Notes under the pieces: generated by a model
Databases searched by the model: none
What the model saw: the letters and a program-made list of their open reading frames with translations, nothing else
What the model was told of the DNA's origin: nothing
Made by a program: the position numbers and the translations under genes
NCBI GenBank assembly: GCA_024137785.1
Contig: JAHRHZ010000026.1
Location: 1,047,126 to 1,111,125, forward strand
Direction: 5' to 3'
DNA from: Ginglymostoma cirratum
Lineage: Eukaryota
Length of the DNA: 64,000 bases
Shown here: piece by piece, positions 14,010 through 27,010 of the stretch
Layout of the letters: each line of letters begins with the position of its first letter
How positions within the stretch are numbered: position 1 is the stretch's first letter

Positions 14010-14325
14010 TCTTCTGGCAAAGGCAGCATTTATTGTCCATCCCTAATTGCCCAAAGGGCATTAAGAGTTAACCACATTGCTGTGGGTCTGGAGTCACATG
14101 TAGGCCAGACCAGGTAAGGGTGGCAGATTTCCTTCCCTGAGTGACATTAATGAACAAAATGGCTCCCATGACAATGACCAGCACTTTCATGGTCACCATA
14201 AAACTAGTCTTAATTTCAGTATTTTAAATAATTCAGATTTCACTATCAGCCATGGGGGTATTTTAACTACGTCCTCCGAATATTAGGCTGGGTTTCTGGT
14301 CCAGTGACATACCAGTACACTAGCT
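14010..14325 (-). mobile_element. tRNA-derived SINE (dominant family in window)
   Basis: GCATTTATTG(T/C)CCATCCCTAATTGCCC...CCACATTGCTGTGGGTCTGGAGTCACATGTAGGCCAGACC core. Confidence 0.8.
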
Positions 14326-14539
14326 TTCATTCGTGAGTAAATGTTCCCATTAATAGAACATTTACATCAATCGTGTACCTCCAATAACACTGCTTATGGT
14401 TGATCATGTTAAAAAAAAGCCAAGGCATGGAGAAAAATTTAACTAGTTGTAAATATCTTGCATCCTTCTTTGCTTGTCACCACCTTTTTGCTTAAACATT
14501 TGTTCCAATTACTTCAGGATTAATATTGTTTTTAAAAAA

Positions 14540-14752
14540 ACTGAAAGAACTGAGGATGCTGGAAATCAGAAACAAAAGCAGGAATTGCTGGCAAAACTCA
14601 GCAGTTCCGGCAGTATCTGTGGAGAGAAATCAGAGTTAACATTTCGGGTCCAGTGACCGATTTTTAGAACTTTTCTTCCCCAGTTCTGAAGATTTTTCTC
14701 CACAGATGCTGTCCGACCTGTTGAGTCTTTCCAGCAACTTCTGTTTTTGTTT
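14540..14752. mobile_element. Fold-back Penelope-derived mini-element (degenerate)
   Basis: Same family as 4049-4182, with a partial inverted second copy. Confidence 0.65.
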
Positions 14753-15035
14753 GTTTTAATTTTTGGTGCAGGGCTTAAGCAATAGCGGATAAGTGAGAAA
14801 GTGAGAACTTGGGGCCAGTGCTTGTCACTCCCTTCTTACCATCCCTCATACCTCAAACAAGCACATTCTATAATTTGTTTTAATTTGTCCTTGGGATGTG
14901 TTTGTTGCTGTAAGGACATCATTCATTGGCCATTCCTTGAGAGCAACGATTCCACTAAGTTTTGTGGCAAAGTTCCATGTTCACTGATCGGCGTAGTGAA
15001 CCATTGCTTTGTCTATGTGGGACACCACTGCCTCA

Positions 15036-15357
15036 GGGTGGCACTGTGGCTCAGTGGTTAGCAATAGCGCCTCACTGTACAGGGACCTGGGTTCGATTCC
15101 AGCTTCAGGTGACTGTCTGTGTGGAGTTTGCACATTCTCCCTGTGAAGCTCTGGTTTCCTCCCACAGTCCAAAGATGTGCAGGTTAGGTGGATTGGCCAT
15201 GCTAATTTGCCTGTAGTGCCCAAGGATGTGCAATTTAGGTGCATTACCCATGGGAAATACAGGGAGAGGGTTTGGTCTTGGTGGGATGCTCTTTGGACGG
15301 TTGGTGTGGATTAGATGGGCTGAATGATCTGCTTCCATGCTTTAGGCATTCTATGAT
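15036..15357 (+). mobile_element. HE1-type V-SINE
   Basis: tRNA head (TGGCTCAGTGG, GGTTCGATTCC), V-domain GTGTGGAGTTTGCACATTCTCC...GGTTTCCTCCCACAGTCCAAAGATGTGCAGGTTAGG, and a CR1/HER1-like tail. Confidence 0.85.
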
Positions 15358-15499
15358 CAGAAAATGCACAGGCCTCTGAGATTTGCATTGCCAAAAAAAA
15401 ATGAGTGGGATTGTTGCTTGAGAGGGTCACAATGAGAATCCTTTTGAAACCTCTGCAGTCCATGTCTTGGAGATACACCTACAGCACTGCTAGGGACTG

Positions 15500-15850
15500 A
15501 GTCATAGAAATGCACAACATGAAAACAGACTCTTCGGTCCAATTCGTCCATGCCAACCAGATATCTTAAAGTAACCTAGTCCCATTTGCCAGCATTTGGC
15601 CCCTATCCCTCTAAACTTATTCATATACCAATCCAGATGGCTTTTAAATGTTGTAATTGTACCAGTCTCTAACACTTCCTCTGGCAGCTCATTCTGTGCA
15701 CGCTCTGCATGAAAAAGGGTCCCTTTTAAATTTTTTCCCTCTCACATTAAACCTATGCCGTCTAGTTTTGGACTCTTCCACCCTGGGGAAAAGACTTGAC
15801 TATTCACTCTATCCATGTCCCTCAAGATTTTGTAATCTTCTGGAAGGTCA
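15500..15850 (-). mobile_element. CR1 3' end
   Basis: Reverse complement of the family at 1-310. Confidence 0.8.
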
Positions 15851-16789
15851 CGCCTCCAGGATTTTAAGCTAGCGACAGTGAAGGAAAAGTACTAACTTTC
15901 CAACTCAGGTTATTTTGTGACTTGGACTGTGCTGTCGAAGCAGTCTCAGTGAGTTTCTGCACTGTCACTTTTAAATAGTACATATTGCGGTCATATGCCT
16001 GATAAAGATTTACATGGCTTAACACAGGATTTGTGCTCTAATTTTAGAGATGTGTGGAGAAGCTGGATTATTTATTGGATGATTTTTCATTTGGTGACTG
16101 AACATTTTATGATAAGAGGAACCATTCTACAATTCATTAATGCAACTGCTTCAGGAAATGTTGCGAATTTAATTTTGTGACATTTTAAAGACCACAATCA
16201 GGTACATTTGTTAGACGAGCATTTAACAGATTAGTGTTTTTAATATTTCATCTGATACCATATGTTCTATTGCAGAAAGCCAAGCAACGAAAAATAGAAT
16301 TGAAGCTGGAGTGAATGTTTACAAACTTCATAAAGGTGTTATTCACAGGGATACACATTGCAAACATGTATCTCCAAATCCAGCATCAATCTGGTCTGAT
16401 ACAAAGGAGCACAAGTGAATTCCTAGTTTGTGTCCATCACCTGAAAAAATAATTCAACACTCATCCCATGTACAATACACTCCATAGCTTCTGCTGCATA
16501 TAGAAAAGATACTTTATTTATAGAGAGAAAAAGGGATTTACAATGAGGGGAGGGGCTGACTACACAGTGCATAGCAAGGAAGAAGGTCGGATGGGAAATC
16601 CATTGCGATTTAAAAAGGGAAATACACACAATATGAAGCCAGGATGCAATGGTGAAGAGAGGCCAAAGTACACACAGTGAGGGGTGTGCAGCTGGAAGAA
16701 ATACACTGTGAAAAGGGAGGACTCATGGAGAAGACAGAGTTCACACTGAGGAGGGAGGAAATAGACAGTGAAGAGAGAGGAGGTGCAGC

Positions 16790-17455
16790 AGGCAGTAAAG
16801 AAGACAAACTGTATGTTGGCCTTCATAGCAAGAGGATTCAAGTACAGGAACAGGGATGCCTTGCTGAAATTGGTATTGGTATTGAAAAGGGCATTGGTAA
16901 GCCCACACCTGGAATATTGTGTGCAATTTTGGTCTCCCTATCTGAGGAAGGTTGTTCTTGCTATAGCAGGAGCGCAGCGAAGATTCTCTAGATTGATTCC
17001 TGGGATGGTAGGACTGATGTATGATCAGAGATTGTATAGTTAGCATTGTATCCACTGGAATTTAAAAGAATGAGGGGGACCTCATAGAAACCTATGAAAT
17101 TCCAACAAGACTAGACAGGTTAGATGTAGGAAGGATGTTCCTAATGACTGGGACGGGCAGAACCAGGAGACATAGTTTAAGGATAAGAGGTAAATCTATG
17201 AGGATTGAGATGAGGGGAAATTGTGGTGATCTGTGGAATTCACTACTACAGAAAGTGGCTGAGGCAAAAACATTATGTGTTTTCAAGAAGGATTTTGAAA
17301 AAAACTCTTGCGGCTAAAGGGAAAAAACATATGGGAGGAGGACGGGATTAGGACATTGAGCTCAATGATCAGCCATGATCGTACTGAAAGGTGAAAGTAG
17401 CCTTAAGGGGGTCAAATGACCTACTCCCGCTCCTATTTTCTCTGTTTATATGTTT
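16790..17455 (+). mobile_element. CR1 3' portion
   Basis: VQQAVKKTNCMLAFIARG...PHLEYCVQFWSPYLRK. Confidence 0.9.
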
Positions 17456-19049
17456 CCAGGAATAGGTTCAAAGCACTGAAAGTCACTGAATGTGCAGGGG
17501 TTTGCCAGTTGTGCTAAACATATGAGTAACACTTTATAATTCACAAGTGAATGTGTTAGAGACATCTCAGTCAGAAATAGAATTAAACAGATGGCCGCTG
17601 CAACTCATGCAAGAGGAAGAGAAAACACAAAAAAACTGCTTTGAATTCCTTTACGTTTAAAAATGCTACAAAGGAAAGCAAAGAGTTAATCTGGTGAGTC
17701 AGCTTCCGTAAGGTCAAAAGTTGTTATGGTGACACTACAAAGATAAGGCATGTCTCTGTGGACAGGGAGTAGAGAAAATATGAACAGTTGAACAAAATAA
17801 GATTTACTAACTCCTATACAATGGAGAGTGAGTTCTACCCTACAGTATCTTTAGTTGACAAAGAGGAAATCCAAACCCCTGCCCCTGCAGTTTAGATCAA
17901 AACCAAGCAATTGAATTTTTGACCCCACCTCTTTAATGTGAAAATTGAAAACAGCCAATAAGGTAGCATGCACAGAATGCTGCTTAAGACATCAACAGAT
18001 TAGCATTTTTAACATAAACTGGCTCTTTAGGGGTCATTTAAGATAATCCACTATTTTACACCCTCATCAATTTAATGCTTCATTAAGGTAAATGAGGCAA
18101 GGTTTAAAAGCAGTGTCCAACCTATGCCTGCCTGCTTTCCCACACAGAAAATCAGCTTAAAATTACCCACAGTGATCGACATTCTACAATAAACTATGAG
18201 TAAGTTCATCATGAAGTCACAATAGCAATGTGGCTGTCATCCTTTATTAGATACGGTCATTAAAATAAGCAACTTGCTAGCAGTTTCCGCAGCATTCAGA
18301 TTTGAATGGAATTGTCCCTTTAATTAAGGTATTTGGAGAGGAGAATGACTGTACAGTGGTGGTTATAGCTACTTATGTTGCATTTAGGAGTCGTACAGTA
18401 CATTGCCTACATTTAAGTGCTTTTATTTGCATTTTGGGTGGGAGAATGTGATCACCTGCCAAAACCACAGTTGGATTCATTTTATTTGGCTGTTAGCCTC
18501 CTGCTTTAGAATGTGCTTAGAGAACACTGGTTAGAAATGTGATGCCCAATTTAAATGGGATCGCCACATCATTCTGCAAATGCTGATCTACACTGTAGAT
18601 GACTATTCACAATAAAAGGTATTATGAAGCCTCCCTTTACAAAATGTACAATGCACAGTGTTCAAGAATCACCTTTCTCATCGTTCTCAGTGTTCAACAA
18701 ATCCTGGCTGTGGTCCATGATGGATGAGCAACTTTATTTTACGAACCTCACAGGTCTTGCAGTACTGGCACTCAATTCCCAGTCTGTGCTGAGCTAGCGT
18801 AACTCAGACAAAAAAGTAATTGGGGCACTACAACTGGCCTCACTTCCCTTGCATTAAGGAAGGGTCAATTGACCACTCTTGGTCACTACTCCATGATAAA
18901 TGTGTGAGCAGTTATTGGGTGTTGGCAGGGTCCAGTTCAGCTGTAATTCACCTGTCTGATAAAATAGCTTGTTGGCACAGTCTAATGTCACACACATACA
19001 CGCAGACTGTCCATTTCAAATTATGAAATAAAGGAGTACAAGTAGGCCG

Positions 19050-19940
19050 TATAGCGTCATAAAGATCTACAGCACTGAAAGAGACCCTTTGGTCCCCTCA
19101 TGTCAAAAACAACCGTCTAAATATTCTAACCCCATTTTCTAGCATTTGGCCCATTGTCTTGTATGCCTTGGCATTGCAAGTGTACATCTAAATATTTCTC
19201 AAGTATTATGATCCATCAAGCCTGCTCCAACATTCCATAAGATCAAGGTTATCCTTTTACCTCCACTTGAATTTTTTGCCCTTATTTATTATGCTTCAAT
19301 TGCCTTGCAATCCAAAGACCTATCAGCCTCAGTCTGAACATACTCAATGGGTATCATTCAGTGGTCTTTGAGATAGAGAATTCCAAAGATGCACAGCCCT
19401 CCAAGAGAAGAAATTTATCCTCACCTCAGTCCCCTTATCCAGATACTATGACCCTTAGATCTACACTCACTATCTAGAAAACATGACTCTCCACATGAAT
19501 CTAGTTAACAGGATTCCAATCAAACCACATCTCATTCTTCTAAACCCCAAGGAATTCCTTTTCCCTTTATTCTGCTATGGGATGTGGGTGTCACTGGCAA
19601 GGCCAGCATTCATCGCCTGGTTCCAATTACCCTTTGACCCAGAAGTCTTGCTAATCTAATTTAGAGGGGTGTGTGTCTGGGATTACATAGGCCTGACAGG
19701 GCAAGAATGGCAGATTTTGCTCCCTAAAGGGCACTCATGAACCAGATAGGTTTTACATCAATTAATGGCAGCTTTTTTCTGCACCATTATTGAGACAATC
19801 TTTAATATATATCTATACTCCAGGTTTTAATTAACTCAAAATGCACAAACTGCCATGATGGGATTTGAACCCATGCCACCGCAGCATTAACCTGGGCCTC
19901 TCAATCACCAGTCCAGCACCAGTACCACAACCACTGTCCC
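19050..19940 (-). mobile_element. CR1 tail fragments (~19050-19560) followed by a dominant-family SINE (~19570-19940)
   Basis: Similarity to other copies in the window. Confidence 0.6.
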
Positions 19941-20009
19941 TCTAAAATGTAATCAGCTGTTGAAAGAGGGCTAGATCCAAGATCAAGCCTTTATTCCCAT
20001 CAAATTCAC

Positions 20010-20900
20010 CTAGTTCTGGTTTCCTTATCTGAGTAAGGATATTCTGGTTGTGGAGGGAATGTAATGAAGGTTCACCAGACTGATTCCTGAGGTGGCAGGT
20101 CTGACCTATAAAGATTAGCTAGGACAACATTCACTGGAGTTCAGAATATCAAGGGGGGGATCTCATAGAAGCCTATACAAATTCTAATTGGATATGGTAA
20201 ATGCAGGAAGGACTTTTCAGATGATCAGGGAGTCTAGAACCAGGGGTCACAGTCTAAGGATATGGGATGAGCCATTTAGGACTGAGATGAGGAGAAATTT
20301 CTTTCCAGAGTGTTCAGCCCATGGAATTCTCTGCCACAGAAATGATCAAGGTCAAAACATTGAATGGTCAAGAAGAATTGGATTCATTCTTTGGGCTAAA
20401 GAGATCAAAGGGTATGGGGAGAAAGTCTTTTTTGTTTATTCATGGGATGTGGGCATCTCTGGCTAGGCCGGTATTTATTAGCCATATCAAATTGCCCAGA
20501 GGGCAGCTAAGAGTCAACCACGTTGCTCTGGGTCTGGAGTCACATGGAGGCCTGACTGGGTAAGAGCAGCAGATTTCCTTCACAAAAGGACATTAGTGAA
20601 CCAAATGGGTTTTCCAACAATCGACAATGGTTTCATGGTCACCAATAGACTCTTAATTCTGGATTTTTTATTGATTTCAAATTCCACCATACGCCATGGC
20701 AGGATTCAAACTCGGGTCCCCAGAACATTAGCCGAGTTTCTGGATTAAAAGTATAGCAATAACATCACTCGGCCATCACCTCCCCATAAGGGAATAGGGT
20801 ACTGAGTAGGATGATAAACTATGATCATATTGAATGATGGAGCAGGCTTCAAGGGCTGAATGGCCTGCTCCTGTTTCTATTTTCTATGCTTCAATGTTTC
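20010..20900 (+). mobile_element. CR1 3' portion interrupted by a minus-strand SINE (~20428-20785)
   Basis: RTRGHSLRI..PFRTEMRRNFF; the CR1 tail resumes after the SINE. Confidence 0.85.
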
Positions 20901-21539
20901 ATCAGGCCATCATGATGAGTTCGAGGAATGCAACATCTTCTCGTTCCACTTTGATAGAATTATGCAAAGGGCATTCAGTTTTTGATTTAATCATTTTATA
21001 GTCAAGCACATTTCTAAGTTTATCTGCCTCCTTTCAAGATTGTCATCTTATTTGGCTTCATTCAAGATTAACTTCTCCAGAGAACAGCAAATTCTTCAGA
21101 TAAAAGTGAAAAGATAATGAGATTTACAGTCAGCTTTGCAAATACATTTATGCATTTAGGGTAACTTCATCAGACCTAAGTCAAACAAGTCAAAATGGTG
21201 CATAGACTTGTGATGACGAAAACACAAATAAATTCTGCAGTTACAATTTTTAGTGAATTTCATCAAGAAAATATTTAGAGATTTAGAATGTGGATCAGAG
21301 TATGAACAATTGTTACTGTGATGCATTCAATGGATTTTAAATATCTTGTGGAATGAATGAATAGATATCTTAAGCAAATAGCTACCATTTAAATAATCCT
21401 GCAGATGTAGTTCTGTCTGTAATGGTAACCATCATTACAGACAGTCAAGTAAAACTGTTTGGCCGGGAAAATCAAAGTAAAGGTCATACAAGTCAGAGGA
21501 GAAATTCCTGAAATGTGTATAAGAGCTATGTTTAAGTCA

Positions 21540-23640
21540 ATGTTTTTGGTCCAATGTGGATGAAAGCATGGCTGGATCTATTTTTGAGAGAATTTTGTGA
21601 GGCAAATGGAGCATGTTTAAGTAGGAGAGCAATTGGGAACCAGTGACCATGACATCATTAGGTTCAGGTATTGAAAAAGGCAAAGGGACAATCAAAGCAT
21701 TAAAATTTTCAATAGGAAGGTTGAATACGAAAGGAATCTACTAATGAATTGGAATCAAAGGTTAGCAGGTAAAACAGTAAACAAGAAATGGGAAGAAGAA
21801 AGTATTCAACTACACACAGACGGTCCCAGAAGGAGCAAAGATACCCAAAACTACAGTTCCCTAAATGACTAAAAATAAGAGGGAGAAATTAAATACAAAA
21901 AAAATGGAGGTTTATGGTAAATGCCAGGTCCATAATTCAGTAGACAGCCAAATACAATCCAAAACATATAGAGGAGAACTGAACAAAGGACAGAAGAAGA
22001 GGCAACGAACAGAAATATTTTGCAAAGTTCTTTAAAAGAAAGGGAAGGGAAACAGAAAAAAGGCGTTTGCATAGAGTTCCAGGGAAAAGCTGAGATGCAA
22101 AATGAGCTCTTTATATTAGTCTTCACCAAAGAAATAGGATGCTGACAATGGGACCATTACAGGTGTGATGGTAAAGAAATTGGATGAAATAAAAATAAAT
22201 GAAGAAGAGGTACTTAAACATGCCAGCAATTCTCAATGTGGAAAAGTTATCTTGTTCAGATGGGATGAATCCTCGGTTACTGCGGGAAGTAAGGCTGTAA
22301 CGTTTGCAAGCTCTGGCCACAATCTTCCAATCTTCTTACTTTGATATTGAGATGGTGCCAGAGGACTGTCTGAGTGCAATAAGACAACCCTGTTCAAAAG
22401 AGATGAGAGGGAACTGCAGGTCAGCAGCCTTCCATCAGTGTTGGGGAGATTTTGAATGACATATAAATGGACAGGGTAATGCAGCCAATGTTGGACATAT
22501 GAACTTTCAAAAGATGATTGATTAAGCATCACAAAATAGGCTGGATAGCCAGACTGAAGCCAATGGGATTAAAGGGGAATGGCAGTGTGTATACAAAATT
22601 GACTGACAGAGAAAGCAGTGAATAGTGGTGAATTTTTATCTGACTAGAGTGGTCTGCTGTTGTGTTTCCCAGGCACTGGGATCATTGACATTTTCATACA
22701 TTTTAATGACCTGGATGTGGGTATCCAGGAAATGGTTTCAAAATCTGTATATGACATGAAACTTAGAAATATAGTTTTTAAAAAATGAAGGGTGCAGACT
22801 TTAGGAGAACGTAAACTTGTGAAATGGACAGACACATGAAGAAGGAAATTTAATGCAATGAAATGCAAAGTGATTCATTTTCATTGGAAGACTACGGGGA
22901 AGCAACATAAATTGAACACCAAAATGTTAAACGGTTGCAGAATCAAAAAGACCTGGACTTAACTGTACAAATATACAAGTGGAGAAGGCATTTGAAAAGC
23001 AATGCAGGCTTTATAGAGGCATGGATTTATTGAAAAAACAAGGATATTAGAGTAGAACACTTCGTAAAACACCAGTCAGGCCTATATAAAGACTTAAGTC
23101 CAATTCTGGGTGTCACACTTTAGGAAAGATGTCAAGGCCTCAGAGAGGATGTGTGTGGTGACAGGGGATTGGTGTTTACCAGATTGGTACCAAAGATGGA
23201 ATCTCAAGGTGTAGAGATTCAGAGCACCTGGGATTCCCCTTATGGAAGAGAGGATTCCAAGGAAATTTGATAGAGGTCTTCAAAATCATTATCAGTTTTG
23301 ATGGAACAGGCAGAGAGAAAGCGTTTCCAGTAGCAGAAAGAGCAGTCACTGAGGTACACAGCTTTATGCTAATTAGCAAAAGTCAGATGCAAAGTGAGAA
23401 ATAGATTTATGCAGTGAGTTATGATGAGCTGGAACATGTTGCCTGAAATGACAGTGAAAAACAGTAGACAGTAACTTAAATAGGGATATTGGATAAATAC
23501 CTGAAATGGAATTGGAGAAAAATTTGTCAGACTACGGAGAAAGAGGAGGTGCACGGAATGAATTAGGGAGCTCCCAAAGAGTCAGTACAGACAGGATGGG
23601 TAGAATGGCCTCCTCCTGTGCTGAAATTTTCTATGATTTT
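21540..23640 (+). mobile_element. Old, heavily decayed CR1 ORF2
   Basis: Residual LDL...LGxSDH-like, DGMNPRLLRE-like and RT-like segments ending in a CR1-type tail. Confidence 0.65.
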
Positions 23641-24457
23641 ATACAGACATTAAATTGGATACTGATCACGATAAAGAAGGCAAAACAAAGTGAAAAAATC
23701 AATTTGTTAACTGGTCACAGCTGTTGTCTTTGAGGTCAGTGACCTAAATGCATAATTTACCACGAGCAACCTGCATGTATTGAGGCTGGCTTTCGCTGTA
23801 TCTGTCAACAGAGTTTAAATGGAGAATAATGGATAACTGGGAGTGATTACAAGGCATTATCTGATGCAGGACATCGTGAATCACTCAAAATGAGACTCAG
23901 GCAGCTTATAGCCATTTGAACAAAGACAAAACTGCAGGTTTGAAATGATTTTTATGGTATGTATCATTTCATTTTTACTTTGTGACACAGGGTTTTAGCA
24001 CAGTTCTTGCTGCCACTTTAATTCATTTTGTTGCTGCTTCCCCAGCCAAAGGTCATATTAAATTTCTATCTGCCCTTCTGAAAGAATACTTCTTTTGCAG
24101 TCCAATTAGTGACAGAAAGGGTGCAGGACAAATTGCAGTATGCTTCATTTCTTTAGGAGGAAGCCATACAAATGTAACAGAGATGGAGATGTTCAACAGC
24201 TGAGAGCTCTGAACCCTTCACTCTGTCTAGTTCATCCTCGAGGATGCCAGTTACTCTCATCCCTGGTCAGTGTTGATTATTCACAGCTACTAAGTAGCTC
24301 TGCCTTCTCATCCCTTCTGGTTGCTTGCAGTTACTATTTGAAATCCCTAAGCTCTGTAATTAAAGCCAATAGCAGCAATCGAAACCGGAATACTCCAATG
24401 GATAGCAGTTGTTATGGGCATCGAGCATCCTACAATATTGTTCAGATTGAGCCGGAA

Positions 24458-24680
24458 ACTGGGGCTAAGTTAGCTCAGTCAATTGGGTGACTGATTTTTA
24501 TGAGGCAGAGTGATCCTATCAGTGTGATCTCAATTCATGCACTGGTTGAGGTTACCATGAAGGTCCTGTCTCCTCAATTCCTTCTGTCTGCTGAGGCACG
24601 GTGACCCTCAGGTTAAACTCACCACCATTTGTCTATCTCTAATGAGCAAAGCAGTTGTCTGGGACTATGGCAGTTTTACC
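24458..24680 (+). mobile_element. tRNA-derived SINE of a further family
   Basis: TAGCTCAGT A-box-like head; the tail GGTGACCCTCAGGTTAAAC...GGACTATGG recurs inverted at ~39830-39940. Confidence 0.5.
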
Positions 24681-24869
24681 TTGACATTGCTCAGGGAGAT
24701 TATACAAAAGATCACACATCTAAAAGCTAAGCAGTACTGCCCAAATTAATTTGGTGTAGTATAGGACAACAGAATCTTTTGGTCCTAATTTAGGCTGATA
24801 TAGAATAATAGGTGGATGCCGTGTACCTGCCAGCCATTACAGCCAGTTGTTAATTATACATAATCAAGA

Positions 24870-25720
24870 ACCATAAGAAACATAAGCTGGAGTTGGCCAG
24901 TCAGCCATTTGAGCTTTCTTCGCTGTTCAATAAGATCATTGCAGATTTTTTGCCTTAATTCCACTTTCCTGTGTTATCCACAGCTCCCTTAATTCCCTTG
25001 ACGCCTAACTATCATTTGACCTCTGTCTAAAAGTATGTTCAAATGTTTGAGCAAGCTGAGTTCTATAAGAGAGAGACTTCCAAAGATTCCAAGCCCTTCC
25101 AATGAAGGTGTTTCTCCTCCTCGCAGTCCAAAATGGTCAACTGTTTATTTGGAGTCTGTAATCCATGTTCTAATCCTTCCAGCTAAGACAGAAAATTCTC
25201 TCAGGATCTCCTTCCCCAAATACCTTAAGAATTGTACAGATTTCAATTTGTTTATCTCTCATTTTACTAATATGCAGGACTTTTAACTGGGATATGGACA
25301 TCCTGGCTAGGGCAGCATTTATTGCCCACTCTAAGTTGATTAGAGAGCAGTTAAGAGACAACCAAATAGCTGTGGGTTTGGAAACAGATATGGGCCAGAC
25401 CAGGTAAGGATGGCAGATTTCATTCCCTAAAGGATATTAATGGACAAGATGGATTTTCTACCACAGCAAGAGTGGTGACATTGTCACAATTAGGCTTTTA
25501 TTTTATTTCAGATGTTAGTTGAATTCCAGTTTCATCATGGGCTATATCCCCAGAAAATTAACCTGGGTTTCTGGGTTCCCAGCCTAGTGGCATTACCACT
25601 GAACCACTAGCTCACCTTATATAAATGTAGGCTTAACACATTCAGTCTTGCCTCATAAGTCAATATCCTCATGCTAGGAATCAGTCTGGTGAACCTTTGT
25701 TGCACTCCCACGTGGGAAAG
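24870..25720 (-). mobile_element. Decayed CR1 3' portion interrupted by a SINE (~25288-25615)
   Basis: Reverse-complement CR1 tail on both sides of a dominant-family SINE. Confidence 0.65.
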
Positions 25721-26420
25721 CATTTCCTTCACTATACATTACCGGAGATTGGTGACACCATACAAGGTATCCGATTTTATGTCAGCTCCACACAGCCAAA
25801 TTTTCAAGATTCTGTTTGCACATCCAAGTCTTTGGCAGTTCATACTGTATAACATTTGTAGGTCTGTTGAGAATTGACATTAAATGTGCATAATCTCACA
25901 TTACAGTTGAACCAGTGTATCCATTTGTGTTCATTCACTTCGCAATTACTGTTGCAAGTGGAAAATCAATTAAAAGTCACCACTAACTGCTTGTTAGTTA
26001 GTGTTATTTAATTATTACTGATCAAATGATTGCACCCAAGCAATCTTGAACTAATTATTAAAGTTATAGACGTAATGCAGCATCCAATTCAATGGGAGAG
26101 ATAGCCTTGGATACGGCATGTTCAGGTAAAAGGAGCAACTGTGTATTATAAAGTTATAGTGAAAGACGTGACAGGAAACAGGCTTTCTGATCAAGGGCTG
26201 TTGTACTATGACAGATGCAGTTAGTAGTCTTTAAATTGTTATTTGAACAGCAAAGACTTGTCAGTGAAAACCTATGATCCGGAAGACAAGATGATTTTGT
26301 AACCTCCATTTCCAGCTGATCTAACATTCAGAGCGAATTCATGGAGTACAATTCAGACATGTATTCTCATTTATCCACACTTTTATCCATTTCCAGTCAA
26401 AGACCTGATAGCACTCGCTG

Positions 26421-27010
26421 TGAAATGACTCCACAGAGGCCAGTATCCCATCACCAAGTCATCCACTATTTACACATGGAGAGTGCTTGACACTGATCCA
26501 GCTCCTTCAGAGCCAGTTCTCAGAGTGAACAGAACCTCTGACATTTCTGTTTATATCTGTAAGCCAGGATTCCCTGTTTGGACCAGTTTAACAGCCTTAA
26601 TCAGGCAATCCATATTCTATGAGGTCCACTTGGCTGACCTTGTTACAATCACTACATCCCACCCTCTGCGTGTCAGAGGACATTGGGTTTTTTTTTAAGC
26701 TTCTCCTGGAGCATTTTAGCTCCGATGCAGGAGACGTGTAACACACAGTAGCTCATCTCTTGTGCCCGGAGCATACCGGAAGAATTCCATTCTCCTCTTT
26801 AGGCAGCAAAGGGTCATGGCGGTGACATTCACTGTGTCCATCTCAGATTCCGAGGTACCCTCAACACTTGGAGAGGGAGAGCCCACAGATTCCGGAACAA
26901 TCAGAAAGACAGTTGAGGGTTGGGCAAGTTTTGTTCCCACACCGTTTGTGAATTTGCAGCTTTCACATGGTCCATATGCTTGTTCAGGACTGCCTCAACT
27001 ACCCAAACTT
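26421..27010 (-). mobile_element. Gypsy-type LTR retrotransposon remnant: integrase 3' end, PPT and 236-bp 3' LTR (26421-26656)
   Basis: On the minus strand, purine tract AGAGGGTGGGA precedes TGTAGTG...TTTCA; TATAAA inside the LTR; upstream HMDHVKAANSQTVWEQN resembles a Gypsy integrase tail; homologous to 42730-44040. Confidence 0.7.

Noticed and set aside
15036-15110. tRNA gene
   Set aside because: It is the tRNA-derived head of a V-SINE, continuous with the SINE body; the same applies to other SINE heads in the window.
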